Positions 1-7,082 of a stretch of 15,501 nt of DNA are shown here, one piece after another (within the stretch, counting starts at the first letter, position 1; every line of letters starts with the position of its first letter). Made by a program: the position numbers and the translations under genes. This DNA is from Candidatus Phoenicimicrobium oleiphilum (GTDB taxonomy: Bacteria > Atribacterota > Phoenicimicrobiia > Phoenicimicrobiales > Phoenicimicrobiaceae), in NCBI GenBank assembly GCA_039638295.1, contig JBDIWJ010000039.1, forward strand, positions 1 to 15,501, given 5' to 3'. Under the pieces are notes generated by a model. That model did not search any database and was not told the origin of the DNA. It saw nothing but the letters and a program-made list of their open reading frames with translations.

Positions 1-98
1 AAGGCAAAGTCCACCCAGGTTTTGATTATATCTCCTATTTTAAAATCTTTTGTATCTGTATGGGCTGAAATTATTTTTTCTGCAATTGTTTTTCCCAT
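1..98 (-). CDS. leuC: 3-isopropylmalate dehydratase large subunit (LeuC/HacA aconitase family), N-terminal part only; runs off the window edge
   Basis: Not in the ORF track. The minus strand from ATG at 98 reads MGKTIAEKIISAHTDTKDFKIGDIIKTWVDFA, matching the typical LeuC start (MGxTxxEKIxxxH...GDI). An AAAGGAG RBS lies just upstream, and leuA and cimA are in the same cluster. Confidence 0.8.
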   Translation of the reverse strand, partial: MGKTIAEKIISAHTDTKDFKIGDIIKTWVDFA

Positions 99-121
99 AG
101 TAACTCCTTTCTTAATTAAAT

Positions 122-811
122 TTAAAATCTATATTTACAGGACTTAAACTGACAGTTTTTACAATCATTATCATCCCTAAAAGATTTATCTATTTTTTTA
201 CCTACTCCAATCACCCAGGATAAAGATTTTTGAGGTAACATCATATATCCTTTAGTTAATATTACTCCAATATCATCTGCAGGTATAATTTCAAAAATAA
301 TTTTTTGTTGAGATATATTCCACCCACTATAACCGGGAGAAAAATGCCTACTTGTTTTGGAACCTTGCTCTATTGCTTCCTGACACGCCAAACTTCTAAC
401 TTTCCGACTAAAATCTTCGACCGCTACAGTTCCCACTGCATCCAGAGCCAATGCCCGAGGATACTCTCCCTGAGAGAACAATTCCGAAACCTTCTCCTCC
501 AATGAACTTCCTATAGTAACTACTCCTACAAGCAAATAAGTTGCACCATTTAATTGTTTAATTATAGATTTACTAAATCTAAAAATATGACTACCATCTA
601 ATTTAATCTCTTCTTCTGATAAAAAACTATTAATTTTATGCCAACAATAAATTCCTTGAGGTTTGAAAAGGGTATATCCTCGATTAATTTCCTCTTCAGT
701 AATTTGCAAAATATTTTGGTTAGGGATTTTAACCTTCTTTGTACTATATCCCTGGTATTGTAATACTTTTTCTCTGTCTATATTTAATTTTATATCTTTT
801 ATTATCTTCAT
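122..811 (-). CDS. Stand-alone cobalamin-dependent methionine synthase activation (SAM-binding reactivation) domain protein
   Basis: Motifs VTIGSSLE, LDAVGTVAVE, RHFSPGYSGW and MMLPQKSLSWVIG match the MetH activation domain. C-terminal CxxCxxxxC (CKNCQFKSC). Corrinoid and methyltransferase genes are adjacent. Confidence 0.85.
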   Translation of the reverse strand: MKIIKDIKLNIDREKVLQYQGYSTKKVKIPNQNILQITEEEINRGYTLFKPQGIYCWHKINSFLSEEEIKLDGSHIFRFSKSIIKQLNGATYLLVGVVTIGSSLEEKVSELFSQGEYPRALALDAVGTVAVEDFSRKVRSLACQEAIEQGSKTSRHFSPGYSGWNISQQKIIFEIIPADDIGVILTKGYMMLPQKSLSWVIGVGKKIDKSFRDDNDCKNCQFKSCKYRF

Positions 812-854
812 ATCTCTTATCTTCTTTATCTTGATTAGTTAGGGGTTATATAAC

Positions 855-889
855 AAATACTAACGACTATTTACTATTCACTAACGACT
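855..889 (+). repeat. Heptamer tandem array (AAATACT AACGACT ATTTACT ATTCACT AACGACT) overlapping the metF 3' end
   Basis: Five consecutive 7-nt units ending in ACT; same unit family as 3294-3321 and 8888-8915. Confidence 0.8.
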
Positions 890-1751
890 GATTTAATAAG
901 CTGCAGACTAATTCCATATCTCGTAAAGGGAAAATATGAATTCCTGCTGCTTCCTTTAGTTTGCATATCTTATTAATAATTTCTCGAGCTATCTTTATCC
1001 CTTCTTTTACATCCTTCCCCTTCATCCTCTCCTGCAGTTTATAAGGGATAAAAATTCCGGGTAAATTATTATTTATATATTCAACCATTTTATAACTCTT
1101 CAGGGGCATAATTCCAATGATTTTAGGGATATTAATATGAGAGGTAAGTTTTAAAAATTTCTTTAATAGTTCTACATCATAAATAGGTTGGGTTTGAACA
1201 AAGTTAATCCCTGCAGATACTTTTCCCTCGAATCTCTCTATCTCCTTCTTTAGATTTGAAGCAGTAGGATTAACCGCTGCCCCCACGAAAAAATCTGTTC
1301 TATCCTTAAGCTCTCCACCCAAGTACTTATATCCATTATTTAAACTATTTACCATCTTTATCAATCCTATAGAATCTACATCGTAAATACCGGTTGTCTT
1401 AACATAGTCACCCATATCAGGAGGGTCTCCAGTTAAAGCTAAAATATTCCTTACCCCTAAAGCCGCTGCCCCTAAAAGCTCTGCTTGCAAGCCTAATAAA
1501 TTTCTATCCCGACAAGTTATATGAAAGATTGTTTCTAACCCGATTTTTTCCTGAATAATATGAGAAAGAGCAATAGGACTCATTCTTAACTTAGCTAAAG
1601 GACAATCAGTAACATTTACCGCATCTACTATTTTTCTAAAATCAGTACCATTTACTTCTCTTAAAATTTTATCTATGTTTAAAGTCTGAGGGGGATCTAA
1701 CTCCACCGTTACTACAAATTTATTTGCTGCTAATTTTTCTCTTAAATTCAT
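867..1751 (-). CDS. metF: Methylenetetrahydrofolate reductase, resembling the C-terminal MTHFR domain of YitJ
   Basis: VTVELDPP, DAVNVTDCP..LRMS, HITCRDRNLLGLQAELLGA, NILALTGDPP, FVQTQPIYD, GIMPL and GIHIFP are MTHFR family motifs. Confidence 0.9.
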   Translation of the reverse strand: MNLREKLAANKFVVTVELDPPQTLNIDKILREVNGTDFRKIVDAVNVTDCPLAKLRMSPIALSHIIQEKIGLETIFHITCRDRNLLGLQAELLGAAALGVRNILALTGDPPDMGDYVKTTGIYDVDSIGLIKMVNSLNNGYKYLGGELKDRTDFFVGAAVNPTASNLKKEIERFEGKVSAGINFVQTQPIYDVELLKKFLKLTSHINIPKIIGIMPLKSYKMVEYINNNLPGIFIPYKLQERMKGKDVKEGIKIAREIINKICKLKEAAGIHIFPLRDMELVCSLLNQSLVNSK

Positions 1752-1776
1752 TTTTTTATGTATACCTTTCTTGGTA

Positions 1777-1809
1777 AAATGAAACAGAGAACCTTCCTCT
1801 GTTTCATTT
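1777..1809. terminator. Perfect 13-bp hairpin between the methyltransferase gene and metF; possible weak terminator, mRNA stabiliser or repeat remnant
   Basis: AAATGAAACAGAG (1777-1789), 7-nt loop, CTCTGTTTCATTT (1797-1809). Only a short U run follows on the minus strand. Confidence 0.45.
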
Positions 1810-1811
1810 CA

Positions 1812-2612
1812 TTATAATCTACCTTCTCGGAAGGCTTTAAGATATTGTTTGCAAAATTTGTCTTTACCTAATAAAAGGTCAGTTGCTTTAATTAAGGCCA
1901 TTAAATTTTTATCTGTAGAATCTAGAATTACTGCATCAAGACCAAAAACCATAGCCAAAACCACAAAACTTTGATTAAGTAACCTTCTTTCTGGTAAACC
2001 ATAAGAAATATTACTTAACCCTATAATTGTTTTAACTTGGGGATAGGAATCCTTAACTCTCTTCAAAGTTTCCAGAACAATATTGGCATTTTGAATATTT
2101 GTACTAACTGGCAAAGTCAAAGGATCAATATATATTTCTTCGATAAAGATTCCTTCGTCGGTAAGTTTCTTGACTAATTCATCAGCAATTTTAAATCTCT
2201 CTTTAGAATCGTGAGAGATGCCCTCTTCTCTCATAGTAAGGGCTACTACTGAACATTGATATTTTTTAACTAAAGGTAAAATTAATTCCAGCCTTTCTCT
2301 CTCCGCGGTTACCGAGTTAATTAAAGCTTTCCCCTTGTCCCAATTATAAACTTCTAACCCAGCCTTTATCGCTTCATAGTTAGGACTATCAATACATAAA
2401 GGAACATCCACTGCTTCTTGAACCGTCCTTACTAGCCATTGCATACTTTCTGGTTCATTTTTCCTAATTGTTCCAATATTTAAATCCAACATTTGGGCTC
2501 CACATTCTACCTGTTTTCGAGCTAGTTCCTGAATAAATTCGGTATTTTTGTTTTCCACCATCTCTTTAATACTTTTTCGGCTGGAATTTATCTTCTCTCC
2601 AATAATTAACAT
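1812..2612 (-). CDS. Methyltetrahydrofolate:corrinoid methyltransferase (pterin-binding TIM barrel; AcsE / MetH folate-domain family)
   Basis: MLIIGEKIN, LDLN, PLCIDS, LINSV, YIDPL and GLSNISYGLP motifs; 266 aa stand-alone protein. Confidence 0.9.
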   Translation of the reverse strand: MLIIGEKINSSRKSIKEMVENKNTEFIQELARKQVECGAQMLDLNIGTIRKNEPESMQWLVRTVQEAVDVPLCIDSPNYEAIKAGLEVYNWDKGKALINSVTAERERLELILPLVKKYQCSVVALTMREEGISHDSKERFKIADELVKKLTDEGIFIEEIYIDPLTLPVSTNIQNANIVLETLKRVKDSYPQVKTIIGLSNISYGLPERRLLNQSFVVLAMVFGLDAVILDSTDKNLMALIKATDLLLGKDKFCKQYLKAFREGRL

Positions 2613-2630
2613 TTTTATTTTCTCCTTAAA

Positions 2631-3269
2631 CTATGTATTATTTATTAGCTCTCTGGCTTTATCTACTGCCGAGGCAGCATCGGGAGCATATCCCTCTGCT
2701 CCAATTTCATCGGCAAATTCTTGAGTAACTGGAGCCCCTCCTATCATTACTTTAACCCTGTCTCTAAAACCTTCTCTTTTTAACGTATTTATCACCTCTG
2801 CCATCCCCACCATCGTAGTAGTTAATAAAGCAGATATACCTACGATATCAGGTTTATGTTCTTGTGTAGCCCTTAAAAATTTTTCAGGGGAAACATCAAT
2901 CCCTAAATCTACAACTTCAAATCCCCCTCCTTTTAGCATCATAGCTACTAAATTTTTACCGATATCATGCAAATCACCCTTAACAGTTCCGATTATTACT
3001 TTACCCCTCGCCTTTACTCCACTTTTAACTAACGTGGGTTGAAGTAATTCTAAACCTCCATACATAGCCTGAGAAGCTAATAACACTTCGGGAAGGAAAA
3101 TTTCATTATTTTTGAATTTTTCCCCGACAACATCCATCCCTTTAATTAAACCTTGTTCCAAAATTTCCCTGGGCTCTACCTCTTCTCTTAAGGCCATCTG
3201 GGTAAGTTCTTTTACTTTTAAAACATCGCCGTGGAATAAAGCCTCTGATAATTCCTTTAACTCTACCAT
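2631..3269 (-). CDS. Corrinoid (cobalamin-binding) protein with cap and B12-binding domains
   Basis: FLPEVL cap motif, GTVKGDLHDIGKNLV (DxHxxG), GISALLTTTM (SxL), VMIGGAP; 212 aa. Confidence 0.95.
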   Translation of the reverse strand: MVELKELSEALFHGDVLKVKELTQMALREEVEPREILEQGLIKGMDVVGEKFKNNEIFLPEVLLASQAMYGGLELLQPTLVKSGVKARGKVIIGTVKGDLHDIGKNLVAMMLKGGGFEVVDLGIDVSPEKFLRATQEHKPDIVGISALLTTTMVGMAEVINTLKREGFRDRVKVMIGGAPVTQEFADEIGAEGYAPDAASAVDKARELINNT

Positions 3270-3293
3270 AAATCGTCTCCTTATTCTCTTATT

Positions 3294-3321
3294 AGTTGAT
3301 AGTGAATAGTCGTTAGTCGCT
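3294..3321 (-). repeat. Heptamer tandem array (minus strand AGCGACT AACGACT ATTCACT ATCAACT) just upstream of the corrinoid gene RBS
   Basis: Plus strand AGTTGAT AGTGAAT AGTCGTT AGTCGCT; 26/28 identical to the reverse complement of 8888-8915. Confidence 0.85.
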
Positions 3322-3467
3322 AGTTTAAAACTTAAAACTTTTTGTATAAAGTATTTCTTTTGAAGTAGGAGTTTTTTAATTTATCTGTTCTGTTTTTGTT
3401 GCGAGTTAGATAAATTTAAACCCTACAAAAAAAGAAAATTGCTATAAAATCAAACTAAATCTCTTTT

Positions 3468-4292
3468 TTATCGAGAAATTTCCTTAGATTTTTCAGTAGC
3501 TCGACTGACTGCTTTAATAAGAGTTACTCTTATCCCCCCATCTTCTAATTCCATCAATCCATCTACCGTAACCCCCGCCGGAGTAGTTACCGCATCCTTT
3601 AATAGGGCAGGATGCATCCCAGTTTCTAATACCATTTTTGCCGCACCTAACAAAGTTTGGGCACTTAATTTTTGAGCTAATTCTCGGGGTAAACCCATTC
3701 TAACTCCTCCTTCAGTTAGAGACTCAATAATTATATAAGTATAAGCTGGGCCACTACCTGATAAAGCGGTAACTACATCCATTAACTCTTCTCGTTGAAT
3801 GACTTCTACCAACCCTACTGCTCCAAAGATATCTAAAGCCATCTGAATATGACTTTTATCAACGTATCTTCCGGGGCAAAGAACAGTCATCCCCTCATTA
3901 ATTAAAGCTGGGGTATTGGGCATAGCCCTGATTACCGAAATATTCTTTTCCAAACATTCTTCTATAAATTTGGTACTAGTAGCTGCAGCAATAGATATTA
4001 TTAACTGTCTTTCTGTAACCACCTCTTTAATTTCAGTAATTACCTTCTTTATCATTTGAGGTTTAATAGCCAGAATAATTATATCTTTCCCTAAAACCAT
4101 TTCTTTATTATCAATATAAGTCCTAATATCATATTTTTTACTTATCTCTTTTGCATGTTCTTCTTGAGCAGTACTACCGCTTAAATTTTCTTTCTTTACT
4201 AAATTATTTTTAATCATACTATTAAGCAGAGTCTCCCCCATCTTACCCACACCTATTATAGCAACTTTTTTATTGGTAAACATTCCACTCAC
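3468..4292 (-). CDS. proC: Pyrroline-5-carboxylate reductase
   Basis: IIGVGKMG Rossmann motif, LAIKPQ, IRAMPNTPA, TALSGSGPAY, VTTPAGVT. The start may be GTG at 4292 or ATG at 4283. Confidence 0.95.
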   Translation of the reverse strand: MSGMFTNKKVAIIGVGKMGETLLNSMIKNNLVKKENLSGSTAQEEHAKEISKKYDIRTYIDNKEMVLGKDIIILAIKPQMIKKVITEIKEVVTERQLIISIAAATSTKFIEECLEKNISVIRAMPNTPALINEGMTVLCPGRYVDKSHIQMALDIFGAVGLVEVIQREELMDVVTALSGSGPAYTYIIIESLTEGGVRMGLPRELAQKLSAQTLLGAAKMVLETGMHPALLKDAVTTPAGVTVDGLMELEDGGIRVTLIKAVSRATEKSKEISR

Positions 4293-4307
4293 TCCTCTTT
4301 TATTTTA

Positions 4308-5057
4308 TTATATTGTGATAAAATCAACATCTCCCCAGATACCTATTTTATCATCTTTTATAATTACTACGCCCTTTATTCCTTTTATTGTTTGAGCATA
4401 AATTAATCCCTTATCTATATCTTTTTTAGTTTTTATTATATTACCTATTGCAGTAGCAGCAGCATCAGATAGTAAAACAGAGTCAGAAATCACCGTAACT
4501 GCATCTGCTTTACCAAAACTTAGAGAGGGCCCTACTGTTCCAGAAGAAGTGCAGATTCCCCTATAATTCTTTTGCGTCTGTATCTTTAAAATAATTCTCT
4601 GGCTTAAAGGGGACTCTCCGGCAAAGATACTTACTTTTCTTATCTGATTACTCTTTATAAAGATATCCCCACCATTTTCTATAATGACTTCGGTAGAGTA
4701 ATTTAAAAGTTCCTTCCCTACAAATTCAGCTATTGCTCCTGCCACTACAGCCATAGGTCCAACTCCGCACTGGCTTGCGGCTTCAATCATAGATTTAATT
4801 ATTTTAGGGGCATTAGCATCTTGCGGATATGGTAAAAGAGTATTTTTAAATAAAGGGTAACTATTAATATAATTTTCTATCTGCCTTCTAAATTTTACCA
4901 AAACTTGTTGGGCATAGAAACTTAAATCTTGATTTACCCTTATATACAAATCACTTTCTGCTTCTTTTACTTGAAAAGAGACTAGGTCTTTGTCTTTAAT
5001 TAAATTACGATAAACCCTTTCTTTATATTCTATTTTATTAGTCAGTGGAAAAATCAT
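4308..5057 (-). CDS. UPF0280 / COG2122 ApbE-like protein (sulfide assimilation-associated family)
   Basis: ESDLYI, GVGPMAVVAGAIAE, VIIENGGDIF, GICTSSGTVGPSLSFGKADAVTV, DAAATAIGN; adjacent to the DUF39 and NIL-ferredoxin genes. Confidence 0.9.
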   Translation of the reverse strand: MIFPLTNKIEYKERVYRNLIKDKDLVSFQVKEAESDLYIRVNQDLSFYAQQVLVKFRRQIENYINSYPLFKNTLLPYPQDANAPKIIKSMIEAASQCGVGPMAVVAGAIAEFVGKELLNYSTEVIIENGGDIFIKSNQIRKVSIFAGESPLSQRIILKIQTQKNYRGICTSSGTVGPSLSFGKADAVTVISDSVLLSDAAATAIGNIIKTKKDIDKGLIYAQTIKGIKGVVIIKDDKIGIWGDVDFITI

Positions 5058-5092
5058 TGCTTCCCCTTTCTACCATTCTTATTCAAGTTACT

Positions 5093-5139
5093 ACCCCCTC
5101 CCTGCCATCCCCCTTGAAGGGGAGAGTTTGGGTAGGGGT
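5093..5139. repeat. C-rich/G-rich imperfect palindromic element
   Basis: ACCCCCTCCC..TCCCC CTTGAA GGGGA..GGGTAGGGGT forms a nested GC-rich hairpin in an AT-rich background, directly after the NIL-ferredoxin stop. Confidence 0.6.
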
Positions 5140-5143
5140 TACT

Positions 5144-5551
5144 TCAAAAGGTAACTTTGATTGCCCCTAATGGACAAGCCTCTACACAGTTACCACAGAC
5201 TATGCATTTCTCATAATCGAATTTCAATTTATAAGTTACTTTATCTAAGGACAACACTCCGGTCGAGCAGATAGAAACACAAGCCCCACAATCAACACAT
5301 TTCTTCTCATCCCATAATACCTCTTGCTCCAAAAGTTCAACTTGCACACCTATTTGTCTGACAAAGTCTAACCCTTCTTTTATCTGCTTTTCATCCCCTT
5401 TAAGTTCTAAAACTAACTTTCCCCCTAAACTTGGCTTAAATTTTGCCTGCAAAATATTTACCCATAGGTCGTACTTTTTTATCAGTTGATAGGTTACTGG
5501 TCTTTCTACGTTTTCAGAAGAGAAAGTAAATATCACTTTCTTTTTCAACAT
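5144..5551 (-). CDS. NIL-domain 2x[4Fe-4S] ferredoxin (MA1822/MJ0099-like partner of aspartate-semialdehyde sulfurtransferase)
   Basis: N-terminal NIL domain (PVTYQLIKKYDLWVNILQA..GKLVLEL) plus CVDCGACVSIC and CIVCGNCVEACP. Confidence 0.9.
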   Translation of the reverse strand: MLKKKVIFTFSSENVERPVTYQLIKKYDLWVNILQAKFKPSLGGKLVLELKGDEKQIKEGLDFVRQIGVQVELLEQEVLWDEKKCVDCGACVSICSTGVLSLDKVTYKLKFDYEKCIVCGNCVEACPLGAIKVTF

Positions 5552-5707
5552 TTAAATCATCCCTTTAAACTTATTATTTTAGAGATTTTAATTTCCAAAT
5601 ATACTATGGTTATTTCCTAAAAAGCCAAAAAATATTTTTAACAAATTATACATATAGTGCCTTGCAGATAATGTTACAGTAAATTATGACTTTTTGGTTA
5701 TAGTTAT

Positions 5708-5741
5708 AATGTGTGGGCACGATACATCGTGCCCCTACATT
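5708..5741 (-). repeat. GTAG-type REP-like palindrome
   Basis: Minus strand GTAG followed by the perfect hairpin GGGCACGAT-GT-ATCGTGCCC (arms 5715-5723 and 5726-5734). Confidence 0.75.
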
Positions 5742-5748
5742 ACTGCTT

Positions 5749-5775
5749 TGTCATTCCCGCGAAAGAGGGAATCCA
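5749..5775 (+). repeat. dRS3-like palindromic element (ATTCCC-N8-GGGAAT)
   Basis: TGTC ATTCCC GCGAAAGA GGGAAT CCA matches the ATTCCC-N8-GGGAAT consensus exactly. Confidence 0.7.
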
Positions 5776-5822
5776 AATTAACAAATTTATTTACTTTTGG
5801 GGTTGTAATCACTTAACTATTT

Positions 5823-6983
5823 CTATCGAATTTCTAATAAAGGCTTAAATTCTCTTTCTTTAGGAAATTTTTGGATGGGTTCTTGTAATAAAAACTCACC
5901 TTTTAATATCTTTTCCTTTAATTTCTGGGCAATTTCCCGGGCTTTTGCATAACTGGAAAGAGGAGAGGTAGGGACATCTTTCCCTCGAACTCTAATCCTC
6001 CCCTCTCTCAATTGTTTATAATTAACCCAGCCTAAAGAAGGTCTATTTAAACGAGGAAAACTATAATCAACTATCTCAGTATATATATCCTCATCTTTCA
6101 CTGCAACATATTTCATCACCTCACTATTTAAGATAGGGATGGGAACACCTATGCCCACTAATAAACTCACTCCATATCCTTTAAAAATTGCTGCCCGAAT
6201 ATAGTCTGGGCTCATCTCTTTTAAATCCCCAATTACCGCTAAAGTGCCTCCTCTGTAAACTGTTTTTCCATCATCTGTTTTCAAAGACATAGGACAAAAC
6301 TGTGTCCCTTCCCAAACAACATAACCTTGTGCTCCCCCTAAAAAGATACGAGTTCCAACGCCAATAGTTATAAATTTCGGGTCATTAAGTAAAGGGCTCA
6401 ATTGACCACTAGTGCAGTAATTTGCATTACCCATTTTGGGGAGTAATATTCCCATATAAGTATATATTTTTCGGTCAGAAGTATTAATCGCAACATTATA
6501 ATTTTGATAACTATTACGAGGATTAAATAAAACTGCCTGATTTATACTCTCTTTAGTAATATGAGTCTCTATTTCCCGTCGCGGATAACAATCAGTACCG
6601 TTAGATAGAGCTCTTAATTTAATCTCTCTCCCAGAAATCAAATCTTCAATTACGTGAGCTCCCCCATATTCCATCCCCCTACTCTCAGAAATTTGAGTAG
6701 CTCCTATATAAGCATCTACTGCTGCTAATCCTGCATAAGCCTCCACATCATTTAACCATACCTTTTGCATTCTAATGGGAGGATCGCTATGCCCAAAATT
6801 TATTATTGCTCCCGAAGAACACATTGGTCCAAAAGTACCAGTAGTAACCACATCAATTTCTTCTGCAGCTTTTTCTACACCCTTTTCTTCAACTATAGGA
6901 ATAATTTCTTCTGCAGTTACCACTACAGCTTCGCCTTTTTTAATTTTTTTATTTATTTCCTCATAAGTTTTCTTTATAGTCAT
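5823..6983 (-). CDS. Homocysteine biosynthesis protein, L-aspartate semialdehyde sulfurtransferase (DUF39/COG1900, MA1821/MJ0100 family), without CBS domains
   Basis: DVVTTGTFGPMCSSG (Cys55), GLAAVDAYIGAT, YGGAHVIEDL, GTDCYPR, FNPRNSYQNY, GQLSPLLNDP, IGVGTRIFLGG; 386 aa. Confidence 0.92.
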   Translation of the reverse strand: MTIKKTYEEINKKIKKGEAVVVTAEEIIPIVEEKGVEKAAEEIDVVTTGTFGPMCSSGAIINFGHSDPPIRMQKVWLNDVEAYAGLAAVDAYIGATQISESRGMEYGGAHVIEDLISGREIKLRALSNGTDCYPRREIETHITKESINQAVLFNPRNSYQNYNVAINTSDRKIYTYMGILLPKMGNANYCTSGQLSPLLNDPKFITIGVGTRIFLGGAQGYVVWEGTQFCPMSLKTDDGKTVYRGGTLAVIGDLKEMSPDYIRAAIFKGYGVSLLVGIGVPIPILNSEVMKYVAVKDEDIYTEIVDYSFPRLNRPSLGWVNYKQLREGRIRVRGKDVPTSPLSSYAKAREIAQKLKEKILKGEFLLQEPIQKFPKEREFKPLLEIR

Positions 6984-7082
6984 AAAAATAGTCCCCCAAA
7001 CAATTATAATGTTGAATAATGAACAAGATTGTCAGGGGAGTAAACTTCCTCTTAACCCCCCCCTCTACATATTTTACTATCT

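Noticed and set aside
305..505. 66-aa plus-strand ORF
   Set aside because: Antisense shadow inside the activation-domain gene; no recognisable motif.
1812..2612. Wood-Ljungdahl acsE or dihydropteroate synthase call
   Set aside because: No acsB/C/D nearby; the partner is a DxHxxG corrinoid protein, and the GLSN motif fits a methyltransferase rather than FolP.
3112..3309. 65-aa plus-strand ORF
   Set aside because: Mostly antisense to the corrinoid gene; no recognisable motif.
3270..3467. Possible cobalamin or SAM riboswitch upstream of the corrinoid gene
   Set aside because: No B12-box or S-box core visible; only AT-rich sequence, a weak AATTTATCT/AGATAAATT inverted repeat and the heptamer array.
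5552..5700. Internal sigma70 promoter for the NIL-ferredoxin gene
   Set aside because: TATAAT-like hexamers occur but lack a convincing correctly spaced -35 and are expected by chance in AT-rich DNA.
6765..7019. Two short plus-strand ORFs (84 aa and 63 aa)
   Set aside because: Antisense to the conserved DUF39 N-terminus; composition reflects the reverse strand.
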